From contig CAZBBC010000005.1 in assembly GCA_964489835.1 (NCBI GenBank), forward strand, positions 26,123 through 90,122: DNA of 64,000 nt, read 5' to 3'. Below are positions 36,832-45,991 of the stretch, in pieces (position 1 is the first letter of the stretch; every line of letters starts with the position of its first letter). The notes beneath the pieces were generated by a model that made no database searches, was not told where the DNA came from, and worked only from the letters and a program-made list of their open reading frames with translations. The position numbers and the translations under genes were made by a program. The stretch comes from an uncultured Calditrichota bacterium (GTDB lineage Bacteria; Calditrichota; Calditrichia; JAJRVZ01).

Positions 36832-37692
36832 TTAATTCGAAAATATTTCCGCTTTCTCACCTTGTGGAGCCTTGGCATTAGGAGGATTTGAACCATGGAG
36901 GGTCAAAATATAACTGGCCACCTGGAGAATCTGCTCCTCTTTCAGAATGGATCGCCAGGAGATCATACCTTTGGCCGGGACGCCATTTAGGATAGTGGTA
37001 ATCATATTGCTTAGTGTGGGACCGTGGATAAAATATTCGTCGGTCAGGTTCGGCCCGATACCCCCTGCACCAAGTTTTCCGTGACAGGTTATACAATTGG
37101 TGATGTATATGGCTTCACCGGCCGATAAACTTCCGGTATCCGTTAATGGTTGAATAACTATTGCCGGTTCTTTTACCCCTATAATTTTTTCTTTTTCTAC
37201 GCTTTTCCCCTTCTGATACTCGGCCCAGATTTCGGGGAAATTGGTCTTCAGTTTATCCAGATCTTCACTACTGGCAACGCGCATCGCGGCAATCATAATT
37301 TCGTTGAAATTCAGATCCTGTATAGCAGAGCCGCCCCCCTCCTTCTCTTTTTGGGCAGCTAAAATTGCCGCTTCTTTTTCTTTCGCCAGGGCTGTTTGAA
37401 TACGGCTCAGCGGTGTAACCTCTTCAACAGATGTATAAAAAGGAGATTGATAGCCGATCGAAAATTTTGCGCCAGAAATTATTACTTCCTGTTGCGGATT
37501 CATTTCCTTCAAATATTCCACTTCCGATGAGTCACCGGTGCCCAAAACGTGAAAATAAATCAAATAAAAGATGCTCCAGATAATGGAAATGTAGAACAAC
37601 CACAACCACCAGGGCGGCAAATCATTGTCTAATTCCTTAATACCATCATAGTCTTGATCCAGCAAAACATCTTTTTCTTTCTTCTCAACCAT
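36832..37692 (-). CDS. ccoP: cbb3-type cytochrome c oxidase subunit III (CcoP), single CxxCH visible
   Basis: DGIKELDNDLPPWWLWLFYISIIW FixP N-terminus; CITCHG haem c site. Confidence 0.85.
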   Translation of the reverse strand: MVEKKEKDVLLDQDYDGIKELDNDLPPWWLWLFYISIIWSIFYLIYFHVLGTGDSSEVEYLKEMNPQQEVIISGAKFSIGYQSPFYTSVEEVTPLSRIQTALAKEKEAAILAAQKEKEGGGSAIQDLNFNEIMIAAMRVASSEDLDKLKTNFPEIWAEYQKGKSVEKEKIIGVKEPAIVIQPLTDTGSLSAGEAIYITNCITCHGKLGAGGIGPNLTDEYFIHGPTLSNMITTILNGVPAKGMISWRSILKEEQILQVASYILTLHGSNPPNAKAPQGEKAEIFSN

Positions 37693-37873
37693 GATTTAAA
37701 TCTCCGTTGCTATTGGATGAATCAAGCGGCAATTGTTTCATTTTGTTTAAATACTTTTTATCAACTTTAATACTCCAATATATCACACCCAGGAATATTA
37801 GAAAGAATAAGATCAGGGAGATTATACCATAGACTTCAATACCTGACATTGATTTAAATATATCTTTAAACAT
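37685..37873 (-). CDS. ccoQ: cbb3 oxidase small subunit CcoQ/FixQ-like
   Basis: 62 aa; single TM YGIISLILFFLIFLGVIYW; between ccoNO and ccoP. Confidence 0.6.
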   Translation of the reverse strand: MFKDIFKSMSGIEVYGIISLILFFLIFLGVIYWSIKVDKKYLNKMKQLPLDSSNSNGDLNHG

Positions 37874-37910
37874 TTTTCTCCCTAATCAGATAAATAATTT
37901 TATAAAAAAT

Positions 37911-38000
37911 AACCACCACGCCAGTAGGCGGATCCGCCCACTGGCGGGCTCAGAGTGATCCTCTGTGGGCTCTGCGTGCCCGCCTACTGGCGTGGTGGTT
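37911..38000 (-). terminator. intercistronic hairpin (21-bp perfect stem, 48-nt loop) with U-tract between ccoNO and ccoQ; candidate attenuator/partial terminator
   Basis: aaccaccacgccagtaggcgg (37911-37931) and ccgcctactggcgtggtggtt (37980-38000) are perfect reverse complements; on the minus strand the stem is followed by AUUUUUUAUAAAAUU; the stem begins at the ccoNO stop codon. Confidence 0.65.
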
Positions 38001-40126
38001 TAGTTCTTATTATCCCCTTTAATGTCTGTTCCTAGTCGTTGCAGATAGGCAATCAGAGCAATGATTTCCTTATCTGATTTGGTCTCAATACCGGCTTCCT
38101 TCAGCCTTGCCTTGATCTCTTCTGCCTGATGTTTAAGATCGGGTAGCGCTTTTTTATCATAATCGGTTGGATAAGGAACACCAAGACTTTGCATGATACG
38201 GATTTTCCGCTCTGTGGAAGACGTATTTAGTTGATTGGTAATCAACCAGGGAAAGGGCGGCATTATCGAACCCGGTGACATGAGTTCCGGTTCTAGCATA
38301 TGATTATAATGCCAGGCATCAGGATATCGGCCACCCTCACGGTGCAGATCAGGACCGGTCCGTTTTGAGCCCCATTGGAAAGGGTGATCGTAAACGAATT
38401 CTCCGGCTTTTGAATATTCACCGTATCGTTCCGTTTCTGATCGGAACGGACGGATCATTTGTGAGTGACAGTTATAACAACCTTCCCGCACATAAATATC
38501 CCGGCCTTCCAGTTCAAGAGGTGTATATGGTTTTACACTCATGATGGTTGGTATATTAGATTTAACCAGAAACGTTGGAATTACCTCAACCAGGCCACCG
38601 ATTAATATGGCAATAATGGCGGCGATAGAAAACTGTATCGGCCGGCTTTCCAGCCAGCGGTGGGCATATATCTTACCGGTTTCATGGATTTTCTGCACTT
38701 GGAGGGGAAGGGCTTTTGCCTTTTCATCGGCGACGATCGAGCCTCTTTTCACTGTTCTGGCCAGATTGACTATCATAAAGACAACACCGGTATAATAAAG
38801 TGTACCGCCTATGGCCCGCAGGATGTACATGGGAACAATCTGTAATACGGTTTCGAGAAAAAGTGGATATTGCAGATAACCCTCGGCAGTAAATTCTTTC
38901 CACATCAAACCCTGGGTAATACCGGCCCAATACAAAGGTATGACGTAGAAGATCATCCCCAGGGTGGCTATCCAGAAGTGAAAATTTGCCAGTTTTATAG
39001 AGAAAAGTTTCGTATTGTAAAGACGTGGAATCAGCCAGTAAAGAATGCCAAAGGTAAGTAAGCCATTCCAACCCAGGGTACCGACATGTACATGGGCGAT
39101 TGTCCAATCGGTATAATGCGAGAGCGCATTAATGCTTTTTATTGCCAGCATAGGACCTTCAAAGGTGGCCATGCCGTAGGCGGTAACTGCAACGACCATA
39201 AATTTGAGTATGGGATCTTCGCGCACGCGATCCCAGGCCCCACGAAGCGTAAGCAAACCATTCAACATCCCCCCCCAGGACGGAGCGATTAGCATGATAG
39301 AAAATACCGTGCCTAAGGATTGTGCCCAGTCGGGGAGAGCGGTATAGAGTAAATGATGTGGTCCGGCCCAGATATAGATAAAAATTAAGGACCAGAAATG
39401 GACAATTGACAAACGATAAGAATAAATCGGCCGGTTAGCCGCTTTTGGAAGAAAATAATACATCAAACCCAAATAAGGTGTGGTAAGAAAAAAAGCAACG
39501 GCATTATGACCATACCACCATTGAACAAGGGCGTCCTGCACGCCGGCATAAACCGGATAACTCTTAAGAAAGGTCACCGGAATTTCAATTGAATTCACCA
39601 CATGCAGAATTGTTATTGTAAAGAAAGTGGCAAGATAAAACCAGATGGCCACATACATATGTCTTTCTCGGCGTTTTATAATCGTACCGATCATATTGAT
39701 ACCAAAAGCCAGCCAAATAACAGCGATAGCAACATCGATCGGCCATTCCAGTTCCGCATATTCCTTGCTGGCGGTAATACCGAGGGGTAAGGTGATGGCG
39801 GCCGATAAAATGATCAGCTGCCAGCCCCAGAAGTGAAATTTACTCAGGAAATCATTGTACATCCTTGATTTGCACAAACGCTGCAAAGAATAATAGATAC
39901 CCATGAATATGCCGTTTCCAACAAAAGCAAAAATAACTGCATTGGTATGTAAGGGCCGGATTCGGCTGAACGTGGTGAAGGGAATACCGAGATTCCATGC
40001 AGGCAAGAACATCTGGAAAGCAATGATAAGGCCGACAAGCATGCCGACGGAACCCCACAGTATCGTAGCAAATGCAAAGTTCCGTACTATCCTGTTGTCA
40101 TAACTAAATGTCTCAAACCCAGCCAT
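38000..40126 (-). CDS. ccoNO: cbb3-type cytochrome c oxidase fused subunits I+II (CcoN-CcoO)
   Basis: 708 aa; 12+ TM haem-copper oxidase domain with conserved His; C-terminal CcoO part with CYNCHSQMIRP. Confidence 0.95.
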   Translation of the reverse strand: MAGFETFSYDNRIVRNFAFATILWGSVGMLVGLIIAFQMFLPAWNLGIPFTTFSRIRPLHTNAVIFAFVGNGIFMGIYYSLQRLCKSRMYNDFLSKFHFWGWQLIILSAAITLPLGITASKEYAELEWPIDVAIAVIWLAFGINMIGTIIKRRERHMYVAIWFYLATFFTITILHVVNSIEIPVTFLKSYPVYAGVQDALVQWWYGHNAVAFFLTTPYLGLMYYFLPKAANRPIYSYRLSIVHFWSLIFIYIWAGPHHLLYTALPDWAQSLGTVFSIMLIAPSWGGMLNGLLTLRGAWDRVREDPILKFMVVAVTAYGMATFEGPMLAIKSINALSHYTDWTIAHVHVGTLGWNGLLTFGILYWLIPRLYNTKLFSIKLANFHFWIATLGMIFYVIPLYWAGITQGLMWKEFTAEGYLQYPLFLETVLQIVPMYILRAIGGTLYYTGVVFMIVNLARTVKRGSIVADEKAKALPLQVQKIHETGKIYAHRWLESRPIQFSIAAIIAILIGGLVEVIPTFLVKSNIPTIMSVKPYTPLELEGRDIYVREGCYNCHSQMIRPFRSETERYGEYSKAGEFVYDHPFQWGSKRTGPDLHREGGRYPDAWHYNHMLEPELMSPGSIMPPFPWLITNQLNTSSTERKIRIMQSLGVPYPTDYDKKALPDLKHQAEEIKARLKEAGIETKSDKEIIALIAYLQRLGTDIKGDNKN

Positions 40127-40129
40127 AAA

Positions 40130-40318
40130 CTAGCTCTCCTTACTTTTACTATGATTCCCCGTATTTCCGGAATCACTCTTTTTATCCTCGAAGAGGATTC
40201 TGACTTTTGGTGTATATTTATCTTCAAACTGTCCGCTTTTAACCGCCCATAAAAAGGCAATTAGAAATCCTATGGCCACCAGTAAACTGGCTAATATCAG
40301 TAAAAACATAGCACTCAT
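40130..40318 (-). CDS. ccoS: cbb3 oxidase maturation protein CcoS
   Basis: 62 aa; TM then WAVKSGQFED CcoS motif. Confidence 0.8.
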   Translation of the reverse strand: MSAMFLLILASLLVAIGFLIAFLWAVKSGQFEDKYTPKVRILFEDKKSDSGNTGNHSKSKES

Positions 40319-42765
40319 AATCGAAAACCCAATTTTTTCCCGATAAAAGCAGTGGCACCGATAGTAAATAAAATAACCGTGAGTGAACTGGCGGGCATCA
40401 GAACGGCTGCAATCAGAGGCGAAAGAGTCCCCCTTACAGCAAAAAATAAACCAACAATATTATATATAAATGAAATTAAAAAACTAATAAAAATAATCCT
40501 AATACTAATCTTTGAAAATCTCAGAAATTGGGGTAAGTGCTTGAACTGACTGGCATCCAAAATACCATCGGAAGCCGGTGTAAAGGTGTTGACATCCTCA
40601 GAAATCGAAATGCCGGCATCGCTTTGCATGAGGGCCCCTGCATCATTGAGCCCATCCCCGATCATCAGAACTTTCCCGGATTTCTGTTGAATATTCTTAA
40701 TAAAATTCAATTTGTCATAGGGAGTCTGATTAAAGAACAAGTATTTACCGTTACCAAATACGCGGGCCAGATTTTCTTTTTCTCCATCGTTGTCACCGGA
40801 AAGCAAATAAACCCGGAAGCGATTGCCTAATCGCTCGATCATCCGTCTGATCCCTTTCCGGTAATTAAGAGGAAGACTGAAATATCCCCGATATTTCCCG
40901 TTGATCTCTACATGAACAATACTTGCCAGGGATTGATTTGAAAGATAGATTGCATTTGGAATTAACCGTTCGGATCCTAGTTTTACCCTATTACCGGAAA
41001 TATTTCCGGTCAGGCCCTGACCCGGATACTCCATGAAATCGGTTATGCTCGGCAATTGATCAGCCTTTATAGCCGAATAGAGACGTCTGCTCAGGGGATG
41101 CGTTGATTGTTTTACCAGTGACCGGACCCATTGAATTTCCTCCGGATTCAGACCGTGAGGACGATCTTTAGTTGGGTTGAAGGCGACAGATGATCCACCG
41201 GAATGGGTCAACGTTCCGGTTTTGTCAAATACAATCGTTTGTACTTTGGCGAGTATCTCAATTATGGATACATTTTTAAGATAAAAATTATTTTTGCCGA
41301 AAATTCGTAAGGTATTACCCAGTGTAAAAGGTGTTGAAAGAGCCAGAGCACAGGGACAGGCAACAATAAGTACGGCAGTAAAGGCATTAAGTGCCAGCGA
41401 TATATTTTCCGGCAGCCAATACATGGCCGATAAGGTGGCCACACTTAAAACAATAAAAGTAAAATACCTGCTAACGGTATTGGCCAGGGTGGTAATTTTG
41501 CTTTCATTCGTATGCTTGTTGAATGCATCATCGTTCCAAAGTTGGGTTAGGTAACTTTGGGAAACATCTTTTATCACCTCCATCTCAATCTGGCTGCCGA
41601 TATGCATCCCTCCGGCATATATGATATCCCCGGAAATTTTCTCAACCGGTGTAGACTCACCGGTGACAAAGCTGTAATCGACTAATGAGGGACCCTTGAT
41701 CAGGACGCCATCAGCGGGAATTAATTCTTTATTGGCAAGTATAATTCTGTCACCAATTTTAAGTTTAGCCAGGGGAATAATAACTTCTTTGTTTTTTTCT
41801 TTCCGGGTTACAGAAAGGGGAAAATAAGAACGATAATCACGATCAAAAGAAAGAGCATCATACGTTTTTTTCTGAAAGAGTTTTCCGACTAAAAGTAGAA
41901 ATACCAAACCAGCAAAAGAATCCAGATAACCACCTCCCTCGCCGGCAACAATATGCCAGATACTGCGGCTAAACAGAGTAATAATCCCAAGGGAAATTGG
42001 GACGTCCATATTGACAGATGCTTGTTTTAGGGATGTAAGGGCTGATTTGAAGTAGCCCATACTGCTATAGAATAAAACAGGTAGGGCAAGAAAAATACTT
42101 AAATAACCAAAGAAAGACCGGAATTCCAGATCAAGAGTTTCATTGACCGCCAGATATTCAGGGAAACTCAGGAGCATAATATTGCCGAAAGCAAAACCGG
42201 CGACTCCGATCTGCAGATAAAGTTCTTTATCCGTGCTTTTTTGCAACTGTTTCCGGATAGAGGCTAAATTAATCTCCGGTTCATATCCGAGGGAAGAGAG
42301 AACTTCAACGATTTTTCGCAGCGAGGTTTTGGTCTCAAGAAAAGCGAGAGATAATTCTTTTCGTAAAAAATTTACTTTTGATTCAATAATACCAGGATCA
42401 ACCCGGTAGAGATTTTCCAGCAACCAAATACAAGAACTGCAGTGGATCATGGGAATCTTGAAGGAGACTTTGTTGATATTGCCGTCGCTAAAATTCAGTA
42501 ATTGACGTTTAACAGTATTATCATCCAAATAACTATACTTAGAAGAAATACCTGATTCCAGTGGTGTGGTTCCCGGGGCCCGGGCCAGCGAATAATAAGC
42601 ACAGAGATCCTTCTCTTCTAATAATTCATACACCAATCGACAGCCATTACAGCAAAACACCTTTTCACCAATTTGGATATTGGTATTGGGGCATGAATCG
42701 CCACAGTGATAGCATTCAATTCGGGCATCTTTTGCCTTGATTTTCGATTTCTGAACAGTATTCAT
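40315..42765 (-). CDS. ccoI: copper-translocating P1B-type ATPase (CcoI/FixI)
   Basis: N-terminal CYHCGDSC metal site; CPC in ACPCALALSTP; DKTGTLT; GDGLNDAGAL. Confidence 0.9.
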   Translation of the reverse strand: MNTVQKSKIKAKDARIECYHCGDSCPNTNIQIGEKVFCCNGCRLVYELLEEKDLCAYYSLARAPGTTPLESGISSKYSYLDDNTVKRQLLNFSDGNINKVSFKIPMIHCSSCIWLLENLYRVDPGIIESKVNFLRKELSLAFLETKTSLRKIVEVLSSLGYEPEINLASIRKQLQKSTDKELYLQIGVAGFAFGNIMLLSFPEYLAVNETLDLEFRSFFGYLSIFLALPVLFYSSMGYFKSALTSLKQASVNMDVPISLGIITLFSRSIWHIVAGEGGGYLDSFAGLVFLLLVGKLFQKKTYDALSFDRDYRSYFPLSVTRKEKNKEVIIPLAKLKIGDRIILANKELIPADGVLIKGPSLVDYSFVTGESTPVEKISGDIIYAGGMHIGSQIEMEVIKDVSQSYLTQLWNDDAFNKHTNESKITTLANTVSRYFTFIVLSVATLSAMYWLPENISLALNAFTAVLIVACPCALALSTPFTLGNTLRIFGKNNFYLKNVSIIEILAKVQTIVFDKTGTLTHSGGSSVAFNPTKDRPHGLNPEEIQWVRSLVKQSTHPLSRRLYSAIKADQLPSITDFMEYPGQGLTGNISGNRVKLGSERLIPNAIYLSNQSLASIVHVEINGKYRGYFSLPLNYRKGIRRMIERLGNRFRVYLLSGDNDGEKENLARVFGNGKYLFFNQTPYDKLNFIKNIQQKSGKVLMIGDGLNDAGALMQSDAGISISEDVNTFTPASDGILDASQFKHLPQFLRFSKISIRIIFISFLISFIYNIVGLFFAVRGTLSPLIAAVLMPASSLTVILFTIGATAFIGKKLGFRL

Positions 42766-42834
42766 CGGTTTTGATCAATTTATAAATTTTTCTTGCATTT
42801 TTGGAGTCGCATACCGTGTTGATCTTAATATCAA

Positions 42835-42953
42835 CTTCGAAGAACACGAAGCACACGAAGTTTTTAATTATTAATATAATTTTTGTGTTAACTTCGATTT
42901 TGATAAAAAAATAGTCAATATAATATCTTTGTGACCTTCGTGGACTTCGTGGT
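42835..42953. repeat. heptamer inverted-repeat element (CACGAAG arms)
   Basis: cttcgaagaacacgaagcacacgaag ... ctttgtgaccttcgtggacttcgtggt. Confidence 0.7.
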
Positions 42954-43128
42954 AAAAGCTTTTTATATGTTCTAATTTGAACGGCCACAGGCCGTCGCTC
43001 ACCCAAGGGTGAGCCCTAGGATCTTTGCGTAATCTTTGTGGTCAAAAATTTACCCTGCTAGTTACTAATTTTGATTAGTTTTTATCTTCAGGGTAATCTG
43101 ATAATACATAAAATTTAGAAAAAGCCGT

Positions 43129-43839
43129 TTAGAAAAGCCAATAGAATCTCATCCAGCCAAGGGCATCAATACCGCGTAAGATCGTCACCAATGCCAGGAT
43201 CATGACCATAACGGCAGCCAGCCGGTATAGGCGATGCCGTATCTTAGCAGATATCAGATGTGCGGATAAACCGGTAATCAACATAGCTGGGAGGGTGCCC
43301 AGACCGAAGACAAGCATGGTCAGCATTCCACCGACAAAGCTCTGGGTGGCAGCTGCTTTGGCACCGGCTGCATATACCAAACCGCAGGGTAAAAATCCTA
43401 AAATCAGACCCAGGCCAAAAATATTTCTTCGATTGACACGGTTAAATAAAGAGGTGATCATACGTTTAAAAATATTGACACCGGGAAAAGAATCCGGGGT
43501 CAGAGAAGGAATCCAGCCGGCCAGTTCGATACCCATAAAGAGCATGATAACACCCGCGAATAGCTGTAAAGAACCTTGAAAATCCCGAATGGCAAAGATT
43601 ATACCCAGGGTACTGCCAATCAGGCCAAAAATTTCACCCAAAAAGGTATAGGTCAGTATCCTCCCGCCATTATAGAAAACATGTGGTTTGATCGTCTGCC
43701 ATTTTGAGGGTTTAAAGATCGGATCATTTTCCCCGACTTTTAAGGTATAGGTAAGTACAATACCACCACACATTCCGATGCAATGGCTGAATCCGCCGAG
43801 AAATCCTATCAGAAAAAGAGCTATAAAGTCAATATTCAT
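43129..43839 (-). CDS. DsbD_2/TauE-SafE-like membrane protein with HCxGMCGG motif
   Basis: 236 aa; LIGFLGGFSHCIGMCGGIVL in TM1; about 6 TM; adjacent to the cbb3 maturation genes. Confidence 0.6.
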   Translation of the reverse strand: MNIDFIALFLIGFLGGFSHCIGMCGGIVLTYTLKVGENDPIFKPSKWQTIKPHVFYNGGRILTYTFLGEIFGLIGSTLGIIFAIRDFQGSLQLFAGVIMLFMGIELAGWIPSLTPDSFPGVNIFKRMITSLFNRVNRRNIFGLGLILGFLPCGLVYAAGAKAAATQSFVGGMLTMLVFGLGTLPAMLITGLSAHLISAKIRHRLYRLAAVMVMILALVTILRGIDALGWMRFYWLF

Positions 43840-43868
43840 TATCCAAAACTTTTTTAAAATAGTACATA

Positions 43869-43883
43869 TTGATAATTTATCAA
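43869..43883. promoter_or_regulatory. perfect 7-1-7 palindrome TTGATAA-T-TTATCAA, 30-44 nt upstream of the DsbD_2-like start; candidate Fur-family-type operator
   Basis: ttgataatttatcaa; resembles Fur/Zur/PerR 7-1-7 boxes. Confidence 0.3.
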
Positions 43884-44044
43884 TAAAACATCATAAGTGT
43901 CTGGTTAGAAGGTAAATCATTGAAAATTTTTACCATAATTTCAAATGGTTTATAGATTTAAGAAACATAAAGATTTAATTAAAAGAACTCGCTCTAAATT
44001 TCCGCCAAAGGGCAGATCCGCCTACCGGTTCGACCTTTCTTTAG

Positions 44045-44160
44045 TATAGACTGGAGACATAGGTAACACTATATTTCCTTTTTACTTGGACAAAAACTCT
44101 CCCCCTATCCCCCTCTTTTGAAAAGAGAGGGGGAATTTTATTCATGAAACGTAATGAAAA
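44045..44160 (+). repeat. intergenic tandem-duplicated element, copy 1 (hairpin ccccctct/agaggggg + T-tract + atgaaacgtaatgaaaatgcaag)
   Basis: About 70-nt core near-identical to 44425-44510. Confidence 0.7.
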
Positions 44161-44394
44161 TGCAAGATTTCTTCTAAATGCAATAAAGAAAAGAATAGTA
44201 TTTGCAGTAAATATTAATCGGATTCTGCTCCCCTTCTCTTCTCAAGAGAAGGGGCTGGGGGATGAGTTTTTTAAATATAAAAAGAATAAACTTTATTTAA
44301 CCGGACACTAATGATATAAAATACTTAATAAGTAGGGATAATCAAAAAATAATAACTACCCCTCCATTGTTGTTTTGACCAGAGAGATGGATAA

Positions 44395-44525
44395 AAGGAT
44401 CCGGGGACATAGTTTACACTTTTTGTATCTTCTACTTGGATATAAACTCTCCCCCTGACCCCCTCTCTTGAAAAGAGAGGGGGAATTTTATTCATGAAAC
44501 GTAATGAAAATGCAAGAATTCTTTA
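44395..44525 (+). repeat. intergenic tandem-duplicated element, copy 2
   Basis: acttggatataaactctccccctgaccccctctcttgaaaagagagggggaattttattcatgaaacgtaatgaaaatgcaagaattc. Confidence 0.7.
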
Positions 44526-44632
44526 ATAGAAATCAAAATAATGGGTGGGAGAAGGAAATGCTTTGTTAAATTTTGAGGGTTTAATTAAATTCTTCAACAG
44601 ATACAAAGATTTATTAAAAATTGAGGTTGTGA

Positions 44633-45775
44633 ATGAAACGTAAAGATTTTTTGGAACTTTCTGGAAAATCTTTATTTGGACTGGCAATTATGAACCAGCT
44701 GCCGGCAAATTTATTATCAAAGTCTTCAGAAGTAAATAAACTAAGCAGTGGAGGAAACATGATCGAGGTGAAAACAAGACGCCTCTTCCTTGAAGATACC
44801 TGGACAATTGCACGTAATTCTAGTGATTATAAAGATAATGTTTTTGTAAAAATCGAAAAAGATGGTGTCGCAGGCTACGGAGAAGCGGCGCCAAACGTTC
44901 GCTATGGAGAAGATCACCATAAAACCCTGGATCGCATAAAAGATGTAAAAAACCTGGTTGAAAAACACGATCTCTGGCATTATGTGGATCTGAAAGATGA
45001 TATCTTTGCTGCCATAAGAGATCAAAATTGTGCCTGCTGTGCCCTGGATATTGCCATCATGGATTGGATCGGGAAAAAATTAAATATCCCACTTTTCCGG
45101 TTATGGGGACTTGATAAATCGAAAACACCCTTAACGTCTTATTCCATTGGTATGGATACACCGGAAGTTATTAAGAGAAAAGTCAAAGCGGCAGAAAAAT
45201 ACCCCCTTTTGAAAATAAAAGTAGGTAAGGATAATGATGAAGAAATAATTGAAACCGTTCGGAGTGTTACCGATAAACCGATCCGTGTTGATGCCAATGA
45301 AGGATGGAAATCAAAAGAGCTGGCCCTGGAAAAAATAAAATGGCTGCAGGAAATGGGAATTGAATTTATTGAGCAGCCGATGCCGTCAGAGATGCTTAAA
45401 GAAACCCAGTGGTTGCGGGATCGTATTGACATTCCCATCATAGCCGATGAAGCAGTAAAAACCTCTGCCGATATACCAAAACTGGCAGAAGCCTATGATG
45501 GGATTAATATCAAACTTATGAAAGCCGGTGGTGTGCAGGAAGCGATGCGAATGATAAACCTGGCAAAGTCATTAAATTTGAAGATCATGCTCGGTTGTAT
45601 GATTGAAAGTTCAATTGCCATTGCGGCTGCGGCACATTTGTCGCCCCTTGTGGACTGGGCTGACCTTGACGGAAATCTTCTGTTGCGCGAAGATCCTTTT
45701 TGTGGAGTGGAAGTTGACAATGGGAAATTGATCTTAAATGATAGGCCTGGTTTGGGTATTAGTGGGGAATTTTAG
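44633..45775 (+). CDS. dipeptide epimerase (enolase superfamily, L-Ala-D/L-Glu epimerase-like); N-terminal 42 aa signal-like extension
   Basis: KIKVGKDNDEEIIETVRSV, RVDANEGW, FIEQPMP, IADE catalytic-region motifs; alternative start at MIEVKTRRL (44759). Confidence 0.8.
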   Translation: MKRKDFLELSGKSLFGLAIMNQLPANLLSKSSEVNKLSSGGNMIEVKTRRLFLEDTWTIARNSSDYKDNVFVKIEKDGVAGYGEAAPNVRYGEDHHKTLDRIKDVKNLVEKHDLWHYVDLKDDIFAAIRDQNCACCALDIAIMDWIGKKLNIPLFRLWGLDKSKTPLTSYSIGMDTPEVIKRKVKAAEKYPLLKIKVGKDNDEEIIETVRSVTDKPIRVDANEGWKSKELALEKIKWLQEMGIEFIEQPMPSEMLKETQWLRDRIDIPIIADEAVKTSADIPKLAEAYDGINIKLMKAGGVQEAMRMINLAKSLNLKIMLGCMIESSIAIAAAAHLSPLVDWADLDGNLLLREDPFCGVEVDNGKLILNDRPGLGISGEF

Positions 45776-45880
45776 ATTGCTTCGCTAACGCTCGCAATGA
45801 CGGCCACATTATCGTCATTGCGAGTCACGAAGAATGAGTAGCCTGCCCGCCGACCGGCGGGACGAAGCAATCTAATGATT
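45776..45880. repeat. nested hairpin element between convergent genes
   Basis: gattgcttcg...cgaagcaatc outer arms; inner cgcaatgacg/cgtcattgcg and ccgccgaccggcgg palindromes. Confidence 0.6.
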
Positions 45881-45991
45881 CTATTAAATTCATCGATTAC
45901 TCTAATGAGTAAATCCTCTCATCAGTAATTTTAATCTAAATAATGTTATGATTCAACCTTCGTATTTTTCGTGGTAAATAAATGAATCAGG

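Noticed and set aside
42716-43006. 96-aa ORF in the ccoI / DsbD_2-like intergenic region
   Set aside because: It is composed almost entirely of the CACGAAG heptamer inverted-repeat element and AT-rich core. It overlaps the ccoI start. Its low-complexity KIILIIKNFVCFVFF translation is typical of AT-rich non-coding DNA.
44010-44050. tRNA-like T-arm fragment (ccggttcgacc)
   Set aside because: No acceptor or anticodon arms can be built around it, and there is no GTTCGAATCC consensus. No tRNA was detected anywhere in the window.
44144-44311. 55-codon ORF (MKRNENARFLLNAIKKR...) starting in repeat copy 1
   Set aside because: It spans a terminator-like hairpin. Its duplicate in copy 2 stops after 10 codons. 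No RBS or conservation can be seen. It is kept only as a note within the repeat finding.
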